A stretch of DNA of 63,945 nt, the filler included, from Octopus bimaculoides (taxonomy: Eukaryota), in the NCBI RefSeq assembly GCF_001194135.2. It is 6 parts of 5 records of this genome, joined end to end, with 100 filler letters (N's around TTAATTAATTAA, not from the genome) between each part and the next. Parts side by side here need not be neighbours in the genome. Positions count along the whole stretch, not along the records: positions 44,660 to 55,455 come from NC_068991.1; positions 55,556 to 59,438 come from NC_068994.1; positions 59,539 to 62,701 come from NC_068982.1; positions 62,802 to 63,945 come from NC_068990.1; 2 more parts are not named here. One strand, written 5' to 3'. The notes under the pieces are model-generated. The model had not been told where the DNA came from. It worked only from the letters and a program-made list of their open reading frames with translations, and searched no databases. Below, in pieces: positions 51,664-63,857 of the stretch. A program made the translations under genes and the position numbers. The stretch's first letter is position 1. Each line of letters starts with the position of its first letter.

Positions 51664-52389
51664 NNNNNNNNNNNNNNNNNNNNNNNNNNNNNNNNNNNNN
51701 NNNNNNNNNNNNNNNNNNNNNNNNNNNNNNNNNNNNNNNNNNNNNNNNNNNNNNNNNNNNNNNNNNNNNNNNNNNNNNNNNNNNNNNNNNNNNNNNNNNN
51801 NNNNNNNNNNNNNNNNNNNNNNNNNNNNNNNNNNNNNNNNNNNNNNNNNNNNNNNNNNNNNNNNNNNNNNNNNNNNNNNNNNNNNNNNNNNNNNNNNNNN
51901 NNNNNNNNNNNNNNNNNNNNNNNNNNNNNNNNNNNNNNNNNNNNNNNNNNNNNNNNNNNNNNNNNNNNNNNNNNNNNNNNNNNNNNNNNNNNNNNNNNNN
52001 NNNNNNNNNNNNNNNNNNNNNNNNNNNNNNNNNNNNNNNNNNNNNNNNNNNNNNNNNNNNNNNNNNNNNNNNNNNNNNNNNNNNNNNNNNNNNNNNNNNN
52101 NNNNNNNNNNNNNNNNNNNNNNNNNNNNNNNNNNNNNNNNNNNNNNNNNNNNNNNNNNNNNNNNNNNNNNNNNNNNNNNNNNNNNNNNNNNNNNNNNNNN
52201 NNNNNNNNNNNNNNNNNNNNNNNNNNNNNNNNNNNNNNNNNNNNNNNNNNNNNNNNNNNNNNNNNNNNNNNNNNNNNNNNNNNNNNNNNNNNNNNNNNNN
52301 NNNNNNNNNNNNNNNNNNNNNNNNNNNNNNNNNNNNNNNNNNNNNNNNNNNNNNNNNNNNNNNNATATATATATATATATATATATATA

Positions 52390-53000
52390 CAGGGTGGGGA
52401 AGCAAAACTTGAAAAATAATAGATAATTCACCAAATAGCTTATATTACAACAACTAGCAACCTGACATAAATGTGATTTTAACACAAGTTTATAGGGGTA
52501 TAAAGAGACAATTTATTCAATATTTCTGCCTTCATTGTCCACCACAGCTTTCACACACCGCTTGGAGGCGTCATAACTCTTCATGATGAAACACTCAGAC
52601 ATGTTATCCCACTCTTCCCTCAGAATTTGCTTAAAATGATCAAGATTTGGATGCGAAGTTCTGTTGGTAGAGTGCTCCTCCAATTTTCCCCATACGGCAT
52701 AATCCAGGGAGTTCAAGTCTGGGTTGGAAGAAAGCTAGAAGCTGGAAGGTGAAAAGTCGGTGAAGTTGTCATCGCAGAATTTCTGAACTTTCTTCGCTGT
52801 ATGAGCAGGAGAACCATCTTGGATCCACACATAATTACCGTTCGGGTAGTTAGACTTCAGCCAAGGTAAAACTTTATACCACAGGACTTTATAATAAACG
52901 TCATCCCCCACCTTTTTCCCAGACTTGATAAAATGGAAAGGCATCTTTTTTTCCGTCAGATTCCCAGAATCATGACATAAGCTGGGGAGTTGATCCTCAA
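52390..53000 (-). mobile_element. Tc1/mariner DD37D (maT-type) transposon, 3' part, pseudogenised
   Basis: Minus strand WIQDGSPAHTAKKVQKFCDDNFTDFSPSSF*LSSNPDLNSLDYAVW has 37 residues between the last two Asp and an in-frame TAG. Terminus TA|CAGGGTGGGGAAGCAAAAC at 52390. Confidence 0.9.
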
Positions 53001-53810
53001 AAGCCCTTTACTTCAGAAAGAGGCTTCACTTCAATGTTACAGTCAATATTACTATCTTCTTCAAGTCTACAAGAAACACACCCATGCATGGTGTTTTTGT
53101 GGGTCCGCGGTTTGGGAGGGAGTCTGCTGAGCGTTTCACTTCCAGGTCTTCTTTGAGGTATGCTAGTCCAGCTGATTGCCGTTGTATGGGAGGTTATCAG
53201 GAAGAGGGTACTTCCTGAGGAGCTCACTTCCAACAAGCAGGATATTGTTTTCTTCACTCATCAGCACTAAGTTAGAGCATTTATTTTCCCTGTTGTTATT
53301 TAGCAAGTACTGCCTTAAAGAGACTCTGCGGCATTCGGGGTCTGTCTGCATTAATCTCGAACCTCTACCTCCGTTGTCTCTTCTTAGGTAGAGCCTATCG
53401 GTATTACCATTTCTGTGGAGATTTCCAGTTGATAATAGAATCTTGTGGGTTTTAATGTCTATGGAGTGGGTTTCTTCTACAGACCAGTCAAGTATTCCAA
53501 ATGTTGGAAATAGCACTGGTACTGTAAATGCATTGTGGGATATTATCTTGTTGAAAGAGGAGAGTTCGGACAGCCATATTTTTCTTAGTCTTGTGTAATA
53601 TTCTTGGGTCACTCTATCTTTATTCACAGTACTTTTCTGACATATTTCCATCAATGCCAAAGTACTTGCAGCATCCCTGTTCAGCAATTAAATAAGAAAA
53701 TTTCTTCTTGCCAAATTCCATTTCTGTCAGCTGAAATGTTGTTATTAATTCCACTTGTTTTCTGGCATTGTTAACATTTTTAGCATAAATCTTAAGATCA
53801 TCCACAAAGA
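53000..53810 (-). mobile_element. R4/Dong-like (RLE-type) non-LTR RT/thumb fragment
   Basis: FVDDLKIYAKN..MEFGKKK and KIWLSELSSFNKIISHNAFTVPVLFPTFGILDW..DRLYLRRDNGGRG. Same subfamily as 60059-61010. Confidence 0.88.
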
Positions 53811-53900
53811 TGTATGTACGTACATATGTACTTAGGTACGTATGTAAGTACGAGTGTGTGTGTATGCATGTATGTATGTATGTGTGTGTGTGTGTATGTA

Positions 53901-53924
<24 letters not shown>

Positions 53925-53931
<7 letters not shown>

Positions 53932-54085
53932 TCTGTGTCACGCCGAATCTCTCTGAGAACTACGTTAAGGGTATACATGTCTGTGGAGTGCTCAGCCACT
54001 TGTACTTTAATTTCAAGAGCAGGATGTTCCGTTGATCGTATCAGCTGGGATCCTCATCGTCGTAACCGACGGAGTGCTCCTTCAT
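53925..54085 (+). mobile_element. Probable SINE 3' domain (family C-related)
   Basis: GC-richer block GGAGTGCTCAGCCACTTG..GTCGTAACCGACGGAGTGC, loosely similar to 38520-38610. Confidence 0.4.
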
Positions 54086-54650
54086 GTATGTCGGAATATA
54101 TCGTAACCAAATGAGAAGTTCGCTTCCCAATCAAGAGTTCCAGATTATAATTCCATTACGTGAAACATTAGCCAAATGTTTTCTAATTTTTTTTTTTTAA
54201 CCATATTCTTGGATCGACCCAAAGCTTGTGAGTGAAATTGGTTCAGCTGGATTGTATTAGTTATTCAAATGTCTTGTTATACACTCTACGACGCTGATTG
54301 TAGTTAAGAAATGCGTTAGCTGTATGCGCCAAAGGAATACAGTTAGCTTCTTATTCGTTAAATTAATGAGTTGAAGAAACAAAAGAATATTCCATCTTTT
54401 TAAAGCGACGGAAATCCGCTAATTCCATTTCATCTATGTATTTACAATTTTAAATATACAATAATAATTTCATTATATTTACAATGTTCGATTAAAGCAT
54501 TGCTCATTAGCGATGCAATTTGTAATGGCTTCCTTGAGGGATAGGCATCCGACCGCCAGGATAAGCAAACTACTTACCACACAACCACTGCTGCGCCTAA
54601 AAAAAAAAAAAATATTTTCATATGCATTAGCCGGGAATCGNNNNNNNNNN

Positions 54651-54710
<60 letters not shown>

Positions 54711-55015
54711 TGCATACACACGCATACGCATACACACACACACATATATATGTACATATACACATGCTGTGTATGCTTTCGTGTATGTGTGTGTATGTGT
54801 GTGTGTGTGTTTATGTGTGTGCGTAGAAAATTGTATTAACGAATTTCTTCTAAAGAAACGGTAACGGAACCATAGTGATAAGCAATGGAGAATGTCCAAG
54901 AATAACTCTCTTCATGCTCATCTTATGAAGTGTTCCAAATTCCTTCCTGATTCTTTACTCCGTCCCAACCCCTCTATTCTTCTTTTTGATTCCCACTCTT
55001 CAAAAATCAACCTCT

Positions 55016-55363
55016 CCACCACCACCACCACCACCACCACTACCATCATCATCATCATCATGAACATCGACGTTATTACCGCCACTATCACCTGAACTGC
55101 CACCATTACCACCACCACCACCACCACTCGTCTCCAGTGTAATTACGACTATCGCTCCACCATCATCAGCACAACCACCACCACCACAACTAGCAACCTT
55201 ACCCTCACACTCATTACCACCACTGTCACAATCTCGATCACCATCACCACCATCACCTTCATCTTTCCTTCATTATAGGCTTCTTCTTCTTCTTCTTCTT
55301 CTTCTTCTTCTTCTTCTTCTTCTTCTTCTTCTTCTTCTTCTTCTTCTTCTTCCTCCTCCTCCT
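55016..55363. repeat. Compound (CAC/CAT)n then (TTC)n(TCC)n arrays
   Basis: Directly visible. Confidence 0.9.
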
Positions 55364-55369
55364 TCGCAG

Positions 55370-55430
55370 TGCTTCTGCTGGCAACGGCCCCAGACAAATC
55401 CAGTCCATCGAGACCTGCTCGTTATTTCAA
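55370..55430 (+). other. Candidate 61-nt internal exon of an unidentified gene
   Basis: Long pyrimidine tract and CGCAG| acceptor, CAA|GTACGT donor, GC-richer, all three frames open. No recognisable homology. Confidence 0.25.
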
Positions 55431-55580
55431 GTACGTTCTGAAGCGTGACCTGTTCNNNNNNNNNNNNNNNNNNNNNNNNNNNNNNNNNNNNNNNNNNNNT
55501 TAATTAATTAANNNNNNNNNNNNNNNNNNNNNNNNNNNNNNNNNNNNNNNNNNNNCCAACAAAATCTGTGATGAAAAGAA

Positions 55581-55621
<41 letters not shown>

Positions 55622-55774
55622 TAATAATATAGAAAGGATTGAGGTAACTCCTCCTGAAGATATAGAGTCAAAATTAAAAGAAGAGTGCCATTGTTATTTA
55701 GTGAACGATATTTCGATATCTCGTGTATCTTCAACTGGTTCAAAAAATGAATTTGTCAATCTACATCATTTTCA

Positions 55775-56004
55775 TACATATCGGCCTCCCTTCTTCACGT
55801 CACCAGTGTTATCCAAGGGAAAGGCAAAGGCCGATACAGTTTGGCACTTGTGACGTCGCAACTCATTTCTACAGCTGAGTGAACTGGAGCAATGTGAAAT
55901 AAAGTGTCTTGCTCAAGAACACAACACGCAACCCGGTCCGGGATACGAACTCACAACCTCATGATCGTAAGCTCGACGCTCTAACCACTGAGTCATGCAC
56001 CTTC
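55775..56004 (-). mobile_element. SINE family C, best-preserved copy
   Basis: Minus strand TGACTCAGTGGTTAGAGC A-box, GAGTTCGTATCCC B-box, then GTGTTGTGTTCTTGAGCAAGACACTTTATTTC and CCAGTTCACTCAGCTGTAG. Confidence 0.85.
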
Positions 56005-56183
56005 ACTATTGACTTGTATAGACATCGTATTTCATTATGCAACCACAATATACTAAAAAGTATATTAAACGCTTTATAAGTCAACACTGCGTTCTACTGT
56101 GTTAGAGCAGTGCTATTAAGTTACTTGTTAAGGTTATCTCTGTAGAAAATTTGCAGAGATAACCTGAACAAGTTATTTCTGTG

Positions 56184-56243
56184 AATCCCTGAACGATAAA
56201 ACTTTGAACGATAAAACGCAAAATCCCTGAACGATAAAACGCA
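56184..56243. repeat. Three tandem copies of (AATCCC)TGAACGATAAAAC(GCA)
   Basis: Directly visible. Confidence 0.8.
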
Positions 56244-57172
56244 AGCTTGAATTTCGGGAGTATTCGAACTTCGGTTCTAAAGTGACACAACGATGTGAAA
56301 GCATTTTTTTAATGTTCGACAAGAACAACAAAGAAAGCAAACAGGCTGCGTGGCAACAGCAACAACAACAACAAAGGTGAACGTGAAGTAAATTTATCAA
56401 CAATAACACCACCGCCACAAGGACCATGCCACATTATTATAATCCCCACAGCCTCCACGGCGGTAGGTGGCAACATTACATCTGCCATTTCTGCTAATTT
56501 ATAGCATTTTATTGGTTTATATATTACTTTATTCTGTTACTCTCCTGTCTTACAGACTACTGACTATGGCGAGGTTTTTCTCTCCATGTTTTACTGATTT
56601 TGTTTTGCGATTTCCGGTTGGATTTTATCATTTTTTTTCATGTTTTACTTTCATGTTCTGTTGGGGTTTTTCTTTCTTTTTACCTTTTGTGCTGCTGTAT
56701 TCTTATCTAATCCTTCTTCCGTGGTGTAATTAGTGTCAAGTTTGTACTTTATTGCTTCCTTTTAAAAAGTTTGTTTTCATGATGCCATATTATACTAATC
56801 ACTCAAACATTTGATTGCTTCTACTTTCATTTTCACACCAGTTCTGATTACTTCGGAATAATTTTCTATTCGCATCAATTCCCCGTCACTCTTCAACCAT
56901 CAGCATTTAACAGATACATACATACATACATACATACATGCATACATACATACATACATACATACGTACGTACGTACGTACGTGTGTGTGTGTATTAGCT
57001 CTAGGGTGGTGTGTTCCGAATGTAGTCAGTAATTTTCCGAATTGCGTTTTTTTAGGTCCCTAAACATCTGTTCATTGTGCTGAAGCTGTATTTATGGCTT
57101 GGATGGCTAGTGTGNNNNNNNNNNNNNNNNNNNNNNNNNNNNNNNNNNNNNNNNNNNNNNNNNNNNNNNNNN

Positions 57173-57232
<60 letters not shown>

Positions 57233-57819
57233 CATATATATACAAGCACTTATATATAAACTTATGTAGTAGACATACAAACATTTCAAGCATACTAATT
57301 TTTCCACAGATTGAAAAAGAAATAGAAATAAACAGCGTTAGCCGATTTTCTACTTTTATCAAGGTCTCCTCAGAAACGTCTATTTCACTTCACCAGTTCC
57401 AGTGCAACAAGTAGCCAATCCGTTAATGTACTCATCAAGTCTAGTTACTTCAGAGTTGCGTACATGTTCGTATGTGTATGTGTGTGTGAAGGCGCTTGTC
57501 TAATATCAGACCAGGTTCTATGCTTCCACGAAACTTAAAGTAATGTAGAGATGAGCCAAACTGCTATTAAATACATGTAACTGCAACTAAAGGTTGTTAA
57601 GTGTTATTTTCTTTCATTTGGTCCATCACCCATATATNNNNNNNNNNNNNNNNNNNNNNNNNNNNNNNNNNNNNNNNNNNNNNNNNNNNNNNNNNNNNNN
57701 NNNNNNNNNNNNNNNNNNNNNNNNNNNNNNNNNNNNNNNNNNNNNNNNNNNNNNNNNNNNNNNNNNNNNNNNNNNNNNNNNNNNNNNNNNNNNNNNNNNN
57801 NNNNTTTACCTTTTTCTCC

Positions 57820-57852
57820 TTTCTGACGAAGAGCTATGTTCGAAACGTCAAA
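57820..57852 (+). ncRNA. Minimal type-I hammerhead ribozyme motif (33 nt)
   Basis: TTT CTGACGA A GAGC TAT GTTC GAAAC GTC AAA: complete core, stem II with one G-U pair, palindromic ACGT stem III, GUC triplet, weak 3-bp stem I. Confidence 0.72.
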
Positions 57853-59586
57853 CTCTCTCCTTTCACCGAGCGTCATGCTAATACATTTCTTATGCACGTT
57901 CTCACGTTCGTTTTTTTTTCTTTTTTGATTTTTTTGATTCGTTTATTTGAATTAATTTGATTTATTACAATTTTCATTTTTTTATGACACTCTACTTTTC
58001 TGAGGATCGAATGCTCATCTTTCGGAGTAAAAATAGATATAAGAAAACTTCTCTTTTGAGATATGTTTCCAGCATCTGCTTAGAATATACTAGAGATATT
58101 TATACGCACACTAAGGATGTTTTTGAAAATTGGTTTTCAACTTGGCAAGAGTTTATTCTGATTCTGCAAGACGCTGGCGACAAATAAGAGAGACACTCGG
58201 CATAAAAATATGTGTCGTTCTTTTGATTCTATACCAAATATATAACAAAGGCTTCATAATCATTCAACTTTCTTTCTTCACATACTTTTTCCCCGTCGTG
58301 GGCTTTTCTTTATATTATTGAGGTTAGATTTATCCGTCAGACGAGGCTATTTTCCAGCATTTATATATTTGTTCATATATGAACATAGAATAATGACATT
58401 GATTCTAAATGACGTTGTTTAGCAACTGACTGCAATAACAATACTTTCTGGTTCACTTTCTACGCCACATTGTTTTTGACATGTTGAACTTGAAAAGAAC
58501 AAAGAAAAAAAAAAAGATCGACCGCAATTTTCTACTCGAACAGTTAGTTTGTTATGAGGTATATCGCTGGAAAAATATATATAAAAAATACTACAAGAAG
58601 AATAAATACGTTGTGAATTCAAAATTCAATGAAACGCTTCCGTTTTGCTTCATTGAGTATGAATAGAAATCCATGCATTTTTGAGACAGCATCAAAATAT
58701 TTTTAGCACAGAAAAGACAAAAAAGAAAAACGTTTTTAGTAAAATCTTGGACAGTTATTTTTAAATTTAAGAATTAATATTTTCAGTACATTATCAGATA
58801 ATAACAAGTATTACTGTTTATTAGACAAGAGTAAGTATGTCTCTGGTCGAGAGGTAAAGTCCATGCATGTTTATTACTAATATCGTTGGTTGGTCTTGTC
58901 TGGAGACATCCGTGAATATTTTTTCCGATGATATCGGTTCAAAACGATTAAAAACTTCGCAATTTTTAGCCAATCGAACGATCATTTGAACACATATTTT
59001 TACTGAAATATCCTAGTAGACAAAATATATAATATTCATAATTGATCAATCTGCAGAGTAGAGTCACTAGAAAATTTCGATTTTTTGCTCTAAATAACCC
59101 AAAGAAGGTTAGTTCTTACTATCGACTGAAATAGGCCAAATTTTGAAAGAAGGAGAAAAAATTTCATTGAACTTGAAAAAGCATCGAAAGTAATTTTCTT
59201 CATGGACTCATTTTGTTTAGTAAAAATGAACATTAAATCAGAAAACACGTTTCTTTGAAATAGAGAAAATTATTGACTTGCCGTATTTTTTTTTCAGTCT
59301 AATGCGACTGAAATATATATAACGTTTAATTATTCAAAATAGAGCGTTGGAAATTTAAATGAATATTAATGGAAACGAACAAAATAGTTTTATCTCATGA
59401 TTTTTGCTAACATATCATATTTCATATATAACAATGTCNNNNNNNNNNNNNNNNNNNNNNNNNNNNNNNNNNNNNNNNNNNNTTAATTAATTAANNNNNN
59501 NNNNNNNNNNNNNNNNNNNNNNNNNNNNNNNNNNNNNNTACAATTATATATAAACTGTATGCAAGCTGCTGAAACCGGTTTCTCCA

Positions 59587-60058
59587 GGAATTCTGCTTTT
59601 TAAACAGCATATAACCCCTTGTAACTTTTTTGTTTTGGGGAATTTTCAGAAAACTTTTGCAAATTTGTGTTCTACACACAGGAAATCATACAATTATGAA
59701 AAAAAAAAAAAAATTTTTAGAACTTTTTTGTTTTTAAATCACAGGTCAAAATACAGACAGTCCAAATTTTTGGTTTAAATCCCAGCAATAGACCATTAAA
59801 TGTGTTTATGGCGAGAAAGATTGAGAAACATCAATATGTCAGTGACAAACAAGGACAGTATGAGGTGGTTGTGAGATGTGCTAAAAATAACAGCTAAATA
59901 AAATATTCCTTAAATCCCACAAGAATTTTTTTTGTTTTTTTGTTTTTGCACTCATATAATTTCTTATGTGTGGAACAAAAATTCACAAAAATTTTCTGAA
60001 AATTCCAATAAGTCAAAAAGTTATGAGAAGCTATATGCCATGCATAAAGCTGAATTCC
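59587..60058. mobile_element. Foldback/MITE-like element with ~125-bp imperfect inverted arms
   Basis: 59587-59712 (GGAATTCTGCTTT..GGAATTTTCAGAAAAC..) is the imperfect reverse complement of 59930-60058. No clear TSD. Confidence 0.75.
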
Positions 60059-61010
60059 ACCAAAATAAACATTGTAGGATCCTTACAACAGTATGGCTAG
60101 ATTATAGGAAGGCATTTGACTCTATTCCCTACTCATGGCTGGTGAAGTGTCTTCATTTGGAAAAAGTGCCTACTATCTTAATTGCTGCCATTGAGAAACT
60201 CACAAAAACCTGGGCAACAATTTTCACACTTAGAACAAAGAGCAGAATGATCATCTCCAATGCCATAAATATTTCAAAGGAAATATTCCAAGGAGAAAAT
60301 CTTTCTGTAATTCTGCTCATTTTGGCATTAAATCCATTATCATTCCTGCTACAAAAAAAAAATGGCTACATACTAGGTTTAGCAACTGCTAGAGATATTA
60401 ATATAACTCGTAATTTCTTTGTGGATGACCTCAAGATTTATACTAAAAATGTTAACAATGCCAAAAAACAGCTGGAATTAATAAGATTTTTAGCTGACAC
60501 AGAAATGGAATTTGACCAAAAGAAATGTTCATATTTGGTTGTTGAAAAAGGAAAATCAGTCCCCCAGAGCCAAAACCAGGTCATCATACAAAGAATGCTA
60601 CAAGTACCTAGGCATTGATGAAGACATATATGAAGGTACTATGAATAAAGACCCAAGAAAATTATATCAGACTTAGAAAAATATAGCAGTCAGAACTCTC
60701 CTCTTGCAACAAGACAGTTTCTCACAATACATTTACAATCCCAGTACTGATTCCAATATTTGGGATATTTGTTTGGTCTGTAGAAGAAATCCACTCCATA
60801 GATGTTAAAACCCACAAGATTCTAACATCAACTGGAAATCTCCACAGAAATAGTGATATTGACCAGCTCCACCTGAGAAGACTGCCTGACTGTCAGTCTG
60901 GATAAGCTTGGATTTTCAGAAAAAGAAATCAACCAACTGACTTGCACATTACAAATACAATCTGTTAGAGGAACATTAAAACTATGCAAGACTTTTCTCA
61001 GGTTTAAAAT
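60059..61010 (+). mobile_element. R4/Dong-like (RLE-type) non-LTR element, internally deleted
   Basis: VWLDYRKAFDSIPYSWL, IFQGENLSVILL, FFVDDLKIY, then thumb residues. It jumps at ~60885 to the C-terminus LQIQSVRGTLKLCKTFLRFKM*. Confidence 0.9.
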
Positions 61011-61784
61011 GTGAGATTGTTTGCATTATCTACATTCAAATGATGGAGCTTTGTGTCTTTGTAAGAAACCAGCTCTTTTTTCAAAGGAAGAATTTAAACA
61101 AGTAAAAACGAAAGAGAAACATACATACATACATACATACATATAACTTTAATTGAGGTAAAGAGAAGCTACATCAATGTTTAACTTCTGATTTTACTTC
61201 TCTTTTCCTCAAAATTATTGTTATTCACTCTGAGAATTATGACATCAATTTGACGTAAATAGCTTGGAATGGCAGAGTGCTCCTTTAATAATTAACCAAA
61301 GTATAACTAATGATTCTTTGGTTAAACAAAAGGTGCTCTCTGGTGCAGGTGCATTGATAAAATGCACTTAGTAGACTGTGTATGGTGATTGATGATAGGA
61401 AGTGTATCCAGGAGTAAAAATCACGCCAAAATGCAAGAAAATTAAATGTACAAGTGTCCTGTGGTCCTTCAACTATAGTATCAAAATGAAACGCTATTAA
61501 CATGTCTGTAGTTTATTAATCCAGCTACCTACCAAGAGTAAACCTTACTTTAACAGTAGTAGGTGGTGGAGGCTCTGTTTGGCTAATGAAAGGATCATAC
61601 TAAAGAACTCTTTCCTCCTAGGCATCTACTTAACTGTAAGAGTGAGGTTTTCTGTCTGTGCCCTCACAAATGCAGATTTGTTCTAGCATACTGGCTGAAT
61701 GCACCATGAATATAAGCATTGGAACATCCACATTCATTTTTACCCTCACCAAAATCCGAGGACTTGCCATATCCAATTGCGATA

Positions 61785-61816
<32 letters not shown>

Positions 61817-61841
61817 CACCCATCCACCTAACCTACCTACA

Positions 61842-61875
<34 letters not shown>

Positions 61876-62324
61876 ATACATACATACATACATATATAAT
61901 ACATACATACATACATACATACATAAATATCTTTAGAGTGTTTTGGGAATTTCTTGATACAGTTATAATATTTGGAGAGAAGATTTTTTTTCTTTTTTTT
62001 CTCAGAGTTAAGATTGAGAAAAGAACCTTTTTAAAAAGTCGAAAGACATTAACCTTGTAGAAATTTAAATCTAAAATATGAATGAGAGCAACTAGCATCC
62101 ACATGTTGATGGAATGACATCAATAATATTACTGGTGAAAAGAAAAAGACAGTAAAAAAAAGAGGCAAAAAAAAGGAAAGAAAAAAGAAGGAAAATGAAT
62201 AAATATTCTTCTTCCTTTTCCTTCTCATTTTTCTTTCCTTTTTTTCTCTCCTTTTTTTCTGTCTTTTTTCTTTTCGGTCATTATAAAATTGAAGCTTAAA
62301 GACTGATGATGTCATTGCATCAGC

Positions 62325-62410
62325 ATGTGGACACTTGCTCAAGGTGTCACTCAATGCAACTGAACCTGGATCCATGTGGTTGGGAAGCAAGCTTCTTATT
62401 ACACAACCAT
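62325..62410 (-). mobile_element. SINE family A head fragment
   Basis: CAAGGTGTCAC..ACTGAACCTGGATCCATGTGGTTGGGAAGCAAGCTTCTTA. Confidence 0.7.
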
Positions 62411-62425
62411 GCTTATACCTATATC

Positions 62426-62701
62426 ATCATCATCATCATCGTTTAACGTCCGCCTTCCATGCTAGCATGGGTTGGACGATTTGACTGAGGACTGGTGAAA
62501 CCGGATGGCAACACCAGGCTCCAATCTAATTTGGCAGAGTTTCTACAGCTGGATGCCCTTCCTAACGCCAACTACTCAGAGAGTGTAGTGGGTGCTTTTA
62601 CGTGTCACCCGCACGAAAACGGCCACACTCGAAATGGTGTCTTTTATGTGCCACCCGCACAAGAGCCAGTCCAGGGGCACTGGCAACGATCTTGCTCGAA
62701 A
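62426..62701 (-). mobile_element. SINE-like family D, 3' part with a (GAT)n tail
   Basis: (CAT)n-CGTTTAACGTCCGCCTTCCATGCTAGCATGGGTTGGACG end and internal CTGGATGCCCTTCCTAACGCCAAC. A short GTTTAACGTC relic lies at ~29970. Truncated by a gap. Confidence 0.55.
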
Positions 62702-62801
62702 NNNNNNNNNNNNNNNNNNNNNNNNNNNNNNNNNNNNNNNNNNNNTTAATTAATTAANNNNNNNNNNNNNNNNNNNNNNNNNNNNNNNNNNNNNNNNNNN
62801 N

Positions 62802-63685
62802 TTAAACCAACTTTTGTACGAAAATTCTCATCAAACGACTAGGGAACTGGCAGAGAAAATGGAATCCTCTATAGAGAAGCATCTTCACTCGATGGGAAAG
62901 GTTCAGAAGTATGGAGCATGGGTTCCACTTGCTTTAAGTGACAACAACAAAAATCAACGTGCCGCAATCTCCGCTGGTTTGCTTGCTCGTCACCGTTCAA
63001 CTCTCGGACACAAGCAACGATTTCTTTACCGAATCGTTACTGGCGATGAAAAATGGTGCTTGTACATTAATAGGAAGTAGCGTAATGAATGGCTTAGCCC
63101 AGGTAAACAAGCGACACCGCGCGTGAAACAAGATCTTCATCCGCGTATACGATGTTGTACGTATGGTGCGACTGGGAAGGGACTAACCATTACGAATTGC
63201 TTGAACCGAACCAAACGGTCAACGCGGAACTCTATGTTCAACAGATAGAATGACTAAACACGGCTATTCAAGAGAAAATACCTAATCGTCAGCATGGAGT
63301 CCTTCTACTGCACGACAACGCCCGCTCTCATTTCGCCAATATGACCAAGGAAGCCATTCAAACGCATGGTTGGGAAGTGCTGCCACACCAGTCGTACTCT
63401 CCTGATTTGGTACCAGCGGATTTCCACCTCTTTCGATCTCTTTCAAATGCTATGCGCGGAGTTTCGTTCAATACTGACGCAGAACTGAGAGCTTGGTTGG
63501 ATCAATTTTCCGCGTCGAAATCGGGTGATTTCTACCAACGAGGTATTAAAAATCTTGTTGAACGTTGGGATGAAGTTGTAAACAACAAAGATGAATACGT
63601 TATTGATTAATTAGTTGCTATTTTTATTAAACCTTTTAAAAATTTAAATTTAAAAAAAACGGCAGGAACTAAGTTGCCAACGTAA
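62802..63685 (+). mobile_element. Mariner (DD34D) transposon, pseudogenised, 5' end in gap
   Basis: RIVTGDEKW, LLHDNARSH and YSPDLVPADFHLF with 34 residues between the last two Asp. Premature stops and a frameshift; stop at 63608-63610. The 3' TIR at 63656-63685 (revcomp TTACGTTGGCAACTTAGTTCCTGCCGTTTT) is followed by TA. Confidence 0.95.
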
Positions 63686-63709
63686 TATATATACGTATCT
63701 ATATGTATG

Positions 63710-63751
<42 letters not shown>

Positions 63752-63857
63752 ACTTGGGGATGGTCATATTGCCAGTTTAGCCAATAAAAACACACGCACT
63801 GTATATTTGGTGTTAATTTGCTTCAGCTTTATATTACATTAATCTTAATCTTATTTC

